This document shows, one piece after another, positions 30,821 to 40,318 of a stretch of 56,976 nucleotides of DNA. The stretch comes from a virus. Lineage: Duplodnaviria; Caudoviricetes. Where the stretch lies: positions 1-56,976 of the IMG/VR virus record IMGVR_UViG_3300042556_002360; one strand, 5' to 3'. The first letter of the stretch is position 1. Each line of letters begins with the position of its first letter. The notes beneath the pieces were generated by a model that was not told where the DNA came from, did not search any database, and worked only from the letters and a program-made list of their open reading frames with translations. Both the position numbers and the translations under genes were made by a program.

Positions 30821-31846
30821 ATGAAAAGTTCTGCAAATCAATTTAAAAATGCAATTTCAAAAGCATATACAACTCAACCAAACGTCAAATTAAATAGTGA
30901 CACTATGTCTGATGCGAATAAATATATGTCTTCCTTTATGGAAAGTATGGACGATGACGAGTTCGAGATTAAGAAAAAACATATTTCAAATAAATTGGCT
31001 AAAAATAAATTTAGTGATGATTTAAAAGATGATATAGATTTTATTGATTTCAAGACCCGTAATAAATTTAAAGACGGTCCTGTTGAATATACTTTTGGAA
31101 CTCCACATGCGGTTCATAACGACCCATTTGTTAATAAGAAATTACAGAAAGAAGAAACTAAAGAGGAAAAATTAAAGGGCGGAGTATCCGATAAAAAAAC
31201 CCTTGAAGATATTGCTAAAAAACACGATAAAAAAGGTTATTATCATACGGATGATATGATTTCGTCGTTAAAAAAAGAGTTAGAAATGGGGATGAAGGTT
31301 GAAATGGAACACACCAAAGATAAAGCAAAGGCAAAAGAAATTGCAATGGACCATCTTTGGGAAAACCCAAGTTATTATACTAAATTAAAAAAAGTTGAGA
31401 CTAAAGAGGCCACTAGTTCTGGTTCTTCAGGAGCATTTGTAGGTCCAGTTGGATTTAAAAATAGTGAATTTGTTAGAAAAAGTTTTGCTGAAACTCCAAA
31501 ATTAAAAGAAAGTGAAAGTGAAAAGGTTGAAGCAACAGAAGCGACAGGTTCAGGTTCTGTTGGAGGATATTCAACACCAGCAATGTGGGCAAAATCAACA
31601 AATAAGAAAGATTGGGGGCCGAGTAGAAAAACTCAATATCCTGGTGGTGGGTTTGTTAAGATTAAGAAGAGATGTACTAAGTTCCCATATTGTAATCAAG
31701 GTGACATTAATAACTTGAAAATTAGTAAAAACGAATCGGTTAAAGAAGCGATTGAGAATGTTGCAAAGAAATATGGGTTAAGTGAAGATGTAATTATGAC
31801 TATTTTGGAACACGAATATGAAATAACAAGTAAAAGAATAAAATAA
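30821..31846 (+). CDS. Hypothetical phage protein with a DUF5661-like segment
   Basis: ELEMGMKVEMEHT..AKEIAMDHL.ENPSYYTKL. Confidence 0.65.
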   Translation: MKSSANQFKNAISKAYTTQPNVKLNSDTMSDANKYMSSFMESMDDDEFEIKKKHISNKLAKNKFSDDLKDDIDFIDFKTRNKFKDGPVEYTFGTPHAVHNDPFVNKKLQKEETKEEKLKGGVSDKKTLEDIAKKHDKKGYYHTDDMISSLKKELEMGMKVEMEHTKDKAKAKEIAMDHLWENPSYYTKLKKVETKEATSSGSSGAFVGPVGFKNSEFVRKSFAETPKLKESESEKVEATEATGSGSVGGYSTPAMWAKSTNKKDWGPSRKTQYPGGGFVKIKKRCTKFPYCNQGDINNLKISKNESVKEAIENVAKKYGLSEDVIMTILEHEYEITSKRIK

Positions 31847-31872
31847 AGATATTTATATTAAAAAAAGACAAG

Positions 31873-33561
31873 ATGAAAGATTTTCAAAAAAATATTGATA
31901 AATTAGTTTCAAGAATTCTAAATGAAGAAATTGAGACAAAAGTTAAACGAATTGTTGAAACCAAAGGTGAATGGGAAGAAATTGTTATGGATGAAGAACT
32001 ATCAGGTAATCAATCCAAAATTGATGTTGCAGAACCTAAAGGTAAAATCACCGCAGCTGATTTTAAAAAATTGAGAGATGCCAAGGCTCACAAGAAAGAA
32101 GTTGAAGAATACTACAACTATTCTGATGAGGATATTGAAGATGCTGAAGAATTATCTCAAGACGAGCCAACATATGTTGGAAAAGGTTTAGCAGATAACA
32201 AGATTAAAAACAAAATTAGAAACAAAATGTTTGGTTCGTTTGATGATGAACATGGTTGGTTTGACCAATCTGATAGAGAACATTCAGGTGATTTTGATTT
32301 TGATTATGATGAGGAAGAATTTGAAGATTTTCCATCATTGATGGCAAAACATGGTAAAAATCAAAGATGGTTTGGACCAAATGACGGTGAAACTTTTTTT
32401 AATAAATACAAAGAAATGTTTGGTGGTAAACCATTCAGAGTTAGAATTGCTAAAGGTTTAGAAGAAGCGGAAACAGAAGAAGGTAACGCATTTACAGGTG
32501 CTTTAGCTAAAGCTAAGAAATCTGGTAAAGATAGTTTTGAAGTTGACGGTGAGAAATATAATGTCACCGAATCTGAGGACAAGTGGATTCAAAAAACTCA
32601 TATGAAGAAAGGTGGATTACACAAAGCACTAGGAATCCCTGAAGGTGAAAAAATCCCAAAATCTAAATTGAATAAGATTAAAAAAGAACTAACAACTAAA
32701 GCCGCGGGGGATAAAAAATTATCAGCGGCGGATTCTAAGTTATTAAAACAAGTTAATATGGCTTTAACTTTAGGTGGACTTAAAGAAAGTAAGAATACAC
32801 TATCTTTAACCGAAGATGAGTTGATTGATATGATTGAAAACATTGTTAAAGAACAAATTGTTAAAGACATTGCGGAGAAAAATAATTTTAGTGTTAATAA
32901 ACCACAAGGTTTAAAGAAAACTGAAAAGGCTCAAGGTGAAAGTAAGAAAGAAAATGATGATTATGCGGGTGAAGTTGTAAAAAAGATGAAAGATTATATG
33001 AAGGATATGTATATGGGTGGTAAAGAATACGATGCTAACCCAGATGATTTCCCTCAAAGTAATTATGATATGGAGAAAGAACATAACGAAATGAAATACC
33101 ATCCATCGGACGCGGTAGAAGAATATATTGAGGCTTTCGCATATCCTGGTATGACTAATTTGGTTTATGATGAAATCAAACCAGATGATGAAATGATTGG
33201 AAAACAAATCAAGGGAGACGCCAAAAATGGTAATGCTGTTACAGGTAAAGATGGTAAAGCTTTAGGTAATGTTTCAAAAAGAAGTGAGAAAACTGGAGAA
33301 AGATTTAAGAAAAATTTTGACGACAATTTATATGGTGCTGAGCAAATGGAGGTATCTTATAAGAGACAATCACAACCTGTTGACGTTGCGGGTAGTAAGA
33401 AAGAAGCTGGTTCTTTAAAGAGCATTAAATCAAGTTCAAAAGGAAAGGCGGAGAAAATAATGTCTCAGTTAGAATCGGTTGAATCAAAAACAACAAAGAT
33501 TATTAACGAAGATTTACAAAAAATGAAGGATTTAATTTCTTATAATAGAAAAACACAATAA
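31873..33561 (+). CDS. Charged modular protein, possible internal head protein
   Basis: TATTTAT upstream; internal LTEDELIDMIENIVKEQ motif. Confidence 0.7.
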   Translation: MKDFQKNIDKLVSRILNEEIETKVKRIVETKGEWEEIVMDEELSGNQSKIDVAEPKGKITAADFKKLRDAKAHKKEVEEYYNYSDEDIEDAEELSQDEPTYVGKGLADNKIKNKIRNKMFGSFDDEHGWFDQSDREHSGDFDFDYDEEEFEDFPSLMAKHGKNQRWFGPNDGETFFNKYKEMFGGKPFRVRIAKGLEEAETEEGNAFTGALAKAKKSGKDSFEVDGEKYNVTESEDKWIQKTHMKKGGLHKALGIPEGEKIPKSKLNKIKKELTTKAAGDKKLSAADSKLLKQVNMALTLGGLKESKNTLSLTEDELIDMIENIVKEQIVKDIAEKNNFSVNKPQGLKKTEKAQGESKKENDDYAGEVVKKMKDYMKDMYMGGKEYDANPDDFPQSNYDMEKEHNEMKYHPSDAVEEYIEAFAYPGMTNLVYDEIKPDDEMIGKQIKGDAKNGNAVTGKDGKALGNVSKRSEKTGERFKKNFDDNLYGAEQMEVSYKRQSQPVDVAGSKKEAGSLKSIKSSSKGKAEKIMSQLESVESKTTKIINEDLQKMKDLISYNRKTQ

Positions 33562-33611
33562 AATTCACATTTACTAAATTTAAACTATATTCTCCATAGA
33601 ACTAAAACTCT

Positions 33612-34070
33612 ATGGAGAATTTTTTTAATTGGATGACCCAACCCGTGCCTAAAGATGAAATCATAACGTGGTTTAATATTCATAATATGACGTATGAAAA
33701 GATTGAGTTATATGGTGATATTTCTAAATCACTAACTAATATTATAATGGATACATATCTTGGTGATAACGTATCAGAGACTAAAATATCACTAACACAG
33801 GACGATAATAAACTACATTTTGATTGGTGTTGGAAAAAAGTCGTAGAAGATTTCAAAAAAGAAAACGTTATAATAAATCTTAATGGAGACCACAGAGATT
33901 ATTTTGAATATTTCTTTATGGATACATTCTATAATCAAGAAAAGGATAGTATTAGACAATCAATACCCAAATTTTTATTAGAAATATTTGATACTGAAGT
34001 AACGCACTCCAAATCAGATTTAGATTTATTGACGGAGTTATATAAATTAATGGAAAAAAATATGGAATAA
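33612..34070 (+). CDS. Hypothetical protein
   Basis: 152-aa ORF. Confidence 0.75.
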   Translation: MENFFNWMTQPVPKDEIITWFNIHNMTYEKIELYGDISKSLTNIIMDTYLGDNVSETKISLTQDDNKLHFDWCWKKVVEDFKKENVIINLNGDHRDYFEYFFMDTFYNQEKDSIRQSIPKFLLEIFDTEVTHSKSDLDLLTELYKLMEKNME

Positions 34071-34148
34071 AATGTTGATTCTATTTACACCAGAAGGAAA
34101 AAACTTAATATTTCAGATATTAAAATAAACTATTACAAATTTTAAAAA

Positions 34149-34331
34149 ATGGAAACATTAGAACAAATCAAAGTTGCAACTGAGTTACTTTCAGTAGACA
34201 CAACAAAGTTTTTCGGCGGTAACAAAAGTGCAGGAACCAGAGCTAGAAAAACTGCTCAAGAATTAAAAGCATTACTTCAAAAATTAAGAGGTGAGATTTT
34301 AGAGCACAACAAGACAGAGAAGAATGCATAA
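34149..34331 (+). CDS. Histone H1-like (Hc1-family) small DNA-binding protein
   Basis: GNKSAGTRARK..QELK motif. Confidence 0.75.
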   Translation: METLEQIKVATELLSVDTTKFFGGNKSAGTRARKTAQELKALLQKLRGEILEHNKTEKNA

Positions 34332-34512
34332 TATTGATACAATATATCTTTTTATATTTGTTTTCACAATATTGGTGTCGTTAAAAAATGTCACAAAATT
34401 TATAAGCGCCCTGTTACAGAAAGAACCAAAACCATTGGTTTACAATAACAGGGAGCTTATTCTCTTAGGAGTATCAATTAGTTATATCGTAACATATCTA
34501 TTACAAAAATGA
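34324..34512 (+). CDS. Small membrane protein
   Basis: Two hydrophobic segments. Confidence 0.65.
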   Translation: MHNIDTIYLFIFVFTILVSLKNVTKFISALLQKEPKPLVYNNRELILLGVSISYIVTYLLQK

Positions 34513-34973
34513 GTTTTTATAAAGAAATAGCACCATTCGTTGAATATATACATTCAATTAGAAAATTGGAAACATATCTAAGTTTTGATATGACATTTCC
34601 AGCCAAATGGTCAATACCCAAAAATATTGTCGATGAGGGTCAAATCATCGGATTTGAGGTTGAAGACCGAAACTCTAAAGGAGTGACGTTTGTATGTCCA
34701 ATTGGCGAAAAAGAAGTTTCTTCAATCTTAGTTAAGATTGGAAAAACCATAAAACTAAACAAAGAAAGAGAATTAAAAGAAAGATTATTCAAACAAACAG
34801 TGGAACAATTAAAACAAACTTTTGAGAAAACTGATTTAGAGAAATTACAAAATCTATATTTTGATTTTGATGAGGGTGACTTAGATACAGATTTAGATGG
34901 TGAAATTGAAGATAACTTAGAAGATGAGCAAAACAGACAGGAGTCAACAGCTACTGAATTGGTTCAACAGTGA
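34509..34973 (+). CDS. Hypothetical protein
   Basis: Coupled ORF. Confidence 0.7.
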   Translation: MSFYKEIAPFVEYIHSIRKLETYLSFDMTFPAKWSIPKNIVDEGQIIGFEVEDRNSKGVTFVCPIGEKEVSSILVKIGKTIKLNKERELKERLFKQTVEQLKQTFEKTDLEKLQNLYFDFDEGDLDTDLDGEIEDNLEDEQNRQESTATELVQQ

Positions 34974-35118
34974 GAAACTAAAAGACCAAAAAGAGCTTGA
35001 TAAAAATAAAGAAAAATTAGTTAGGGAAATAAAAGGTTTAAAAAAGAAAGACCTTTTCCCTGAACCAGTTAAAGTAAGTTTATGGAACAAAATAAAGATA
35101 ATACTCTTGGGACGATAG
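34924..35118 (+). CDS. Hypothetical protein
   Basis: Overlapping ORF in operon. Confidence 0.6.
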   Translation: MSKTDRSQQLLNWFNSEKLKDQKELDKNKEKLVREIKGLKKKDLFPEPVKVSLWNKIKIILLGR

Positions 35119-35330
35119 CAAAATTGGCGTTAATTGCTGAGTCAGTACAAGACCTTTTTAGTGGTAAAGGAACCATTATTTTTGAATTACCTAAGGGTGA
35201 GTACAAAAGTGTAATTAATCACTTCAGAGAGATTGATAGACACCACAAACAGTTCTCAATAGATATATCAGGAACTGAATTTCACTTCATTCTGATGGAG
35301 GAACCTGCTGAGACCGAGGATAAGTCGTAA
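35082..35330 (+). CDS. Hypothetical protein
   Basis: Overlapping ORF in operon. Confidence 0.6.
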   Translation: MEQNKDNTLGTIAKLALIAESVQDLFSGKGTIIFELPKGEYKSVINHFREIDRHHKQFSIDISGTEFHFILMEEPAETEDKS

Positions 35331-35949
35331 ATTTACGATATAACACTTTCTTATCAAATCCGTTAGATTCTAAAAGACTATACAAATATTTTCGCTGAGG
35401 AGATGAGCAATCTTGAATAAAGAGGCAATCTCCTCTTTTTATTTTAAAAAAGTATTTTGATAAAGATTCAACAAATCTGGTACATTCTTCTTCGTTTTTC
35501 AACGAAAATAAATCAATTTCTTCATCTCTTTGTAAGATAACCTTATTATTAAGGACTGATACCATCTTCAACCCATCCCCCTTCAAATAACGTTTAATAA
35601 ACTCTTGGGAGGTAATCTTTGTTTTTTTCTTAACATCATATATTAGTTCCTCTTCTTTATATGTCACAAGTTCTAATATTGACATCCCACCCTCTTCTAA
35701 CTTAACCTTAACACTTCTACCAAATTCATCGGTCATATATACAGGCGAAGACTGATTAGTTGACATTTCAATCAGACCCAATTCAAATTTACAATCTTTA
35801 CCATTTTCAACCAAAACCTCAAAGATAACATCATTAGACTCAGATGATAGTTGTTTAAAATAGTTTTTGGCACGAGATAAGGTAACGAATTTCTTTATTA
35901 TTCGTTTCTTTTTCTTATTTTTGAATAAAACTATAATATAGTTGCCCAT
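35287..35949 (-). CDS. Hypothetical protein
   Basis: Long ORF; start taken at ATG 35949 ([12 protein letters not shown]). Confidence 0.7.
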   Translation of the reverse strand: MGNYIIVLFKNKKKKRIIKKFVTLSRAKNYFKQLSSESNDVIFEVLVENGKDCKFELGLIEMSTNQSSPVYMTDEFGRSVKVKLEEGGMSILELVTYKEEELIYDVKKKTKITSQEFIKRYLKGDGLKMVSVLNNKVILQRDEEIDLFSLKNEEECTRFVESLSKYFFKIKRGDCLFIQDCSSPQRKYLYSLLESNGFDKKVLYRKFTTYPRSQQVPPSE

Positions 35950-35951
35950 AT

Positions 35952-36890
35952 ATGAATAATTATTACGAAATTTTAGGAGTAAGTAAAGACGCGACACAAG
36001 AAGACATTAAACGAGCATATAGAAAATTAGCCGTACAATATCATCCCGATAAGAATCCTGAAGGTGCAGAGAAGTTTAAAGAAATTGCAACCGCTTATGA
36101 AACGATTGGGGATGAAACAAAAAGACAAGAATACAACAATCGTCTAAACAACCCATTTGGTGGTAGTGGTGGTGTATCGTATGAGGATTTAATCAATCAG
36201 ATGTTTGGAAACCAAAGAGGTAATCCATTTGAAAACGGACGAAGAAGAAAATCCGCACCTGATAAAGTTGTTAGAGTTCAAATTACTCCGATTGAGTCAT
36301 ATAAAGGTTCTGAAAAATCCATCAAGTATATGAAGGATAATAAATGTGAACATTGCAGTGGGACTGGAGGGGAACAACAAAATTGTAATACCTGTGGAGG
36401 GGCGGGGTTTCAAATTAAGACATATGGGACTGGATTTATGGTTCAACAAATTAGAACTGCTTGTCCTACTTGTGCAGGTAGAGGATATACTTTAGTCCAC
36501 AGATGTTATCACTGTAATGGTAATGGTGTTAAATCCATTGCAAATGAAGTGAACATCAAACTTCCCGTTGGAGTTGATAGTGGTCAATATTTGAAATTAG
36601 TTGATTTAGGGGATTTTAAAAACGGAGAGTATGGTGATTTAGTAGTTCAGATTGAAGTGGTTCCTAACGATGGTTTTGAGAAAATGAATAATGATTTAAT
36701 TTATAATCTATTTTTGAATTTAGAAGAAGCTCAACAAGATAAATTTAACATACCACATCCTGATGGAGAATTAATAATGAGTGCATCAAAAACATTTGAT
36801 ACGTCAAAACCCCTAAGATTAAGGGGTAAAGGTTATCCAGGCGGGGATATGTATGTTAAATTAAATGTTAGGTTTGATAGACCTATTTAA
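35952..36890 (+). CDS. dnaJ: DnaJ co-chaperone with zinc-finger domain
   Basis: YYEILGV..HPDKNP J-domain; four CxxCxGxG repeats. Confidence 0.95.
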   Translation: MNNYYEILGVSKDATQEDIKRAYRKLAVQYHPDKNPEGAEKFKEIATAYETIGDETKRQEYNNRLNNPFGGSGGVSYEDLINQMFGNQRGNPFENGRRRKSAPDKVVRVQITPIESYKGSEKSIKYMKDNKCEHCSGTGGEQQNCNTCGGAGFQIKTYGTGFMVQQIRTACPTCAGRGYTLVHRCYHCNGNGVKSIANEVNIKLPVGVDSGQYLKLVDLGDFKNGEYGDLVVQIEVVPNDGFEKMNNDLIYNLFLNLEEAQQDKFNIPHPDGELIMSASKTFDTSKPLRLRGKGYPGGDMYVKLNVRFDRPI

Positions 36891-37044
36891 ACCAAGAGAT
36901 TAAATCCTTAACTAATTCAATTGTTCCGTAGATAGAAGAGAAAAGAATGTAAAATCCCAAAATTATTGTACCGATTTGAAAAGCACCTGGTCCTTTTTGT
37001 TTACATTTTTTACATCCTGCAGTTTGTTGTTCGTTGTTTTCCAT
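36883..37044 (-). CDS. Small membrane protein with CxxC (53 aa; not in ORF track)
   Basis: Hand translation [53 protein letters not shown]. Confidence 0.6.
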   Translation of the reverse strand: MENNEQQTAGCKKCKQKGPGAFQIGTIILGFYILFSSIYGTIELVKDLISWFK

Positions 37045-37141
37045 ATTATTATTATAGGAGATTAAAATCTTTATGTAAATATTTTTCTAAACATTTGACT
37101 TTTTAACGCACTTTTACTATACTTTCTAATATTTATTATAT

Positions 37142-37294
37142 ATGGGACGACCAAATAAAGAAGATAGATATAAAAAAGTTAAATACGGAATTAGTATTGA
37201 CCGACATCTGTTTGATAAAATGAAAAATGAGGAAATCAGTGTCTCCAAGTTTATTCAAAATTTAGTTAAAAAACATTATGAAGAAAAAAAATAA
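37142..37294 (+). CDS. Small ribbon-helix-helix-like protein (50 aa; not in ORF track)
   Basis: MGRPNKEDRYKKVKYGISIDRHLFDKMKNEEISVSKFIQNLVKKHYEEKK; similar to 17201..17359. Confidence 0.7.
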   Translation: MGRPNKEDRYKKVKYGISIDRHLFDKMKNEEISVSKFIQNLVKKHYEEKK

Positions 37295-37719
37295 TCAAGG
37301 ACTTAGAGAATTTGGGTGTAGTACAAAATAAAACATTTTCAGTAAAATACCCTAAAATTGATGAAAAATTGGAAAAACATTTTTTAAGGGGTTATTTTGA
37401 TGGTGATGGTTGTATAAGAACAAGTGTTGATAAAAGAGACGGTAGTCGGCGAGGCGATTTAAGAATAGTTGGGGGTTCGTTAAATATGTTAAATAAAATA
37501 AATGAAAGAATGAGCAAAATATTTGGTACCAAAATTAATAAGTTATATGGTCCTAAAGATAAAGAATTTAAATATGTTGGTTGGGCTGGAATGACAGATA
37601 TAGAAAAAATATATGAAGGGTTTTATTCTGGTAGCAATTTGTTTCTTACAAGAAAAAAAATTATATTTGATGAGGTGATTAAAATAATCAAGAATAAAAA
37701 AAAATATAGAAAAAAATAA
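37278..37719 (+). pseudogene. LAGLIDADG homing endonuclease, N-terminally truncated or frameshifted
   Basis: FLRGYFDGDGCI motif; the coupled ATG at 37278 is out of frame with the nuclease across an A8 run. Confidence 0.6.
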
Positions 37720-37722
37720 ATT

Positions 37723-38565
37723 ATGGCCTTAAGTTATATTGGCGGCAAAAGCCGTATTGGAAAGTGGATTGTCCCATTCTACCCTAAAGATATGGAAACA
37801 TATGTTGAAACATTCGGGGGAATGTTTTGGTGTTTCTTTAATATGGATTTATCGAAATATCCAAATCTTAAACAAATCGTTTATAACGATTTCAACCCCC
37901 TAAACTACAATCTATTTCAATGTGTTAGACAACCATATTTGTTATTAGAGGCGATTGAGTCAATACCTTGTCAACAACGAGGCGAGGAAAACACACCATC
38001 AATATACAAAGAACAATTCAATGAATTTCAAAAAGAATTATTTGCAAGTGGGTTTACAATAAACTATCCAGACCATCAAGTTGCTGCCAAGTACGCTTAT
38101 ATTCTAACTCAAGTGTTTAGTGGTAGTAAACCTGAAACAAGTTCATTCATTGACTTGAAAGGTAAGTATAAATCAAAATATCTTACTTTTAGGGATAAAC
38201 TATCTAAACCTGAATGGGTGGAACATTTCATAAAGATAAGTAATGTTGAGAATATGGACTTTGAGGATGTTATTAAAAAATACGACTCACCAACAACCTA
38301 TATCTATTTAGACCCGCCTTATTGGAAAACTGAAAATTACTATTCTAATCACGATTTTGACCGAAATGACCACGAAAGATTAGCAAAAGTTTTACACGAA
38401 GTTAAAAGTAAGTTTAGTTTGTCTTATTATGATTTTGACTTATTACACGAGTGGTTTCCTGAAGACAAATACCGTTGGGAGAGGAAGGAATTTGCTAAAG
38501 CCGCTTCCGCAAAGAAAAATATAAAACAAAATATGGGTGAAGAGTTGTTAATCTTAAATTATTAA
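37723..38565 (+). CDS. DNA adenine methyltransferase (D12/Dam family)
   Basis: YIGGKS, YVETFGG, YND, YLDPPY, ELLILNY. Confidence 0.9.
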   Translation: MALSYIGGKSRIGKWIVPFYPKDMETYVETFGGMFWCFFNMDLSKYPNLKQIVYNDFNPLNYNLFQCVRQPYLLLEAIESIPCQQRGEENTPSIYKEQFNEFQKELFASGFTINYPDHQVAAKYAYILTQVFSGSKPETSSFIDLKGKYKSKYLTFRDKLSKPEWVEHFIKISNVENMDFEDVIKKYDSPTTYIYLDPPYWKTENYYSNHDFDRNDHERLAKVLHEVKSKFSLSYYDFDLLHEWFPEDKYRWERKEFAKAASAKKNIKQNMGEELLILNY

Positions 38566-38610
38566 GTTATTTTTGTACCCTCAATATATTTATAATATAA
38601 AATAACGAAG

Positions 38611-39960
38611 ATGAAATTCACCTCAATATTAAAAACAGTAATTTTAGAACAATCAAGATTTGAATTGTTGTTCGACGCATTAACAAAGCCTGGTAAAAAC
38701 AAAGAAGGTAAGAAAGTGAAACCCAAGTTAACCAAAGAAGAGTTCATTCAGTTGGTTAGTGCAGACCCAACAACAAGATTAAATAATGTTGATATTGACA
38801 CTGCAAATACTGAAGAATTAGGTAAAGTTAAGGCGGGTAAATATGTTCAATGGCTAATTAAAAGTTATTTAGGGGTGGCTACTGAGAGAGAACCTGGTAC
38901 TTCAGGATATGAACAAGAACTTAGAAATGCGAAGGACTTATTTATTGAAGACATATATAAAGTAACAAACAGCCTTCAAAAATATGAGAAGTTCAAAGGA
39001 AGACTTCCTGAGGACATGAGAGATATTAATAAACTAACACCTGACACATTATATAATGCGGTTAAGGACTTTAGTTTAGAAAAAACCAAAGCATCCAAAG
39101 AAGAAAAAATAGAGGCTTCTCAAACATTCCAGCATCCTGGTGCTAAGATTGTATTCAAAGGACCAAATTGGACAGTTGCAGAGATTAGTGATACAGGTCA
39201 ATTAGGTAAAGACGCGGCTTGTTTCTATGGTGGTCATCACTTAGAGCCGTCAAAAGGTGAAACAAGATGGTGTACATCAAGCCCTGGATTAAATTATTTT
39301 GATAGATACATTAAAGATGGACCGTTGTATGTTGTGATACCTAACAACTATACTGGTAAAATGGGTGAAAAATCTGGATTACCATCGGAAAGATATCAAT
39401 TCCACTTCCCAAGTAATCAATTTATGGATGTGCATGACCATTCTGTTAGTTTGGTTGAATTGTTAAATGGTCCTATGTCAGAATTAAAAAATTACTTCAA
39501 ACCTGAATTTGCTAAAGGATTAACGGTTGGAGGTGAAAAATTAATCATTGATGATTTCAAAAATGGCGCTATAGGTAAATTTATTGCTTTGTATGGGGTG
39601 GAAGATTTAATAGATAATTTACCTGCGACTCTAAAACAATTCCAAATTATGAATAGAAATCAAAGTGGACTATTAATTAATATCCCTGACTCTATCGGTA
39701 GATTTAAAGATTTAGAGACTATATTACTTGAAAATTGTATTAATAGTTTACCTCAATCAATTTGTGAATGTACCAAATTGAGATTCATTTCTTTAACAAA
39801 TAATTCAGACCTCAGAAATATTCCCGAATGTATTGGTGATTTACCAAATCTTTTATTCTTGAATATGAAAGGATGTCCAAATGTTAAGGTACCTGAATCT
39901 ATTGTTACAAAAGGTGGTTCTGATTTGGGAGGAGGAATGTGGGATTTAACTAATGACTAA
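38611..39960 (+). CDS. Phage protein with 'WCT' conserved-Cys domain and C-terminal leucine-rich repeats
   Basis: DPTT..KYVQWL, AACFYG..TRWCTS, RYQFH; LxxLxLxxN-like repeats (LPQSICECTKLRFISL). Confidence 0.7.
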   Translation: MKFTSILKTVILEQSRFELLFDALTKPGKNKEGKKVKPKLTKEEFIQLVSADPTTRLNNVDIDTANTEELGKVKAGKYVQWLIKSYLGVATEREPGTSGYEQELRNAKDLFIEDIYKVTNSLQKYEKFKGRLPEDMRDINKLTPDTLYNAVKDFSLEKTKASKEEKIEASQTFQHPGAKIVFKGPNWTVAEISDTGQLGKDAACFYGGHHLEPSKGETRWCTSSPGLNYFDRYIKDGPLYVVIPNNYTGKMGEKSGLPSERYQFHFPSNQFMDVHDHSVSLVELLNGPMSELKNYFKPEFAKGLTVGGEKLIIDDFKNGAIGKFIALYGVEDLIDNLPATLKQFQIMNRNQSGLLINIPDSIGRFKDLETILLENCINSLPQSICECTKLRFISLTNNSDLRNIPECIGDLPNLLFLNMKGCPNVKVPESIVTKGGSDLGGGMWDLTND

Positions 39961-39977
39961 TTTTTAATTATTTTATT

Positions 39978-40271
39978 ATGAACGTTGATGTTGAAATATA
40001 CATGAATAATATGGTGAAATTTTTCAAATCTAATCCTAATGATTTGATTAATTTAATACCGAAAGATAAAGAAGAGGAGTTTTATAAAAAAATTAGGGAG
40101 GCAGCAACTGAAAACATTAATAAAGGTGAGGATGCTCCATTAACACAAAAACAAATAATTGATATTTGTGTAATTCTAAACGGAAAAACCCCAAAAAGTA
40201 AAATAGTTGAGGAGGAAAAATTGGAGAGTTATATGAGAATGACTAATTTTGGTATAATTTTTTTAAATTAA
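39978..40271 (+). CDS. Hypothetical protein
   Basis: 97-aa ORF. Confidence 0.7.
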   Translation: MNVDVEIYMNNMVKFFKSNPNDLINLIPKDKEEEFYKKIREAATENINKGEDAPLTQKQIIDICVILNGKTPKSKIVEEEKLESYMRMTNFGIIFLN

Positions 40272-40276
40272 TAGAG

Positions 40277-40304
40277 ATGGGAAACAATAGTTTCCCATTT
40301 TTTT
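40277..40304 (+). terminator. Intrinsic terminator
   Basis: ATGGGAAAC-AATA-GTTTCCCAT followed by a T run. Confidence 0.75.
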
Positions 40305-40318
40305 ATTATATTTGAAAC

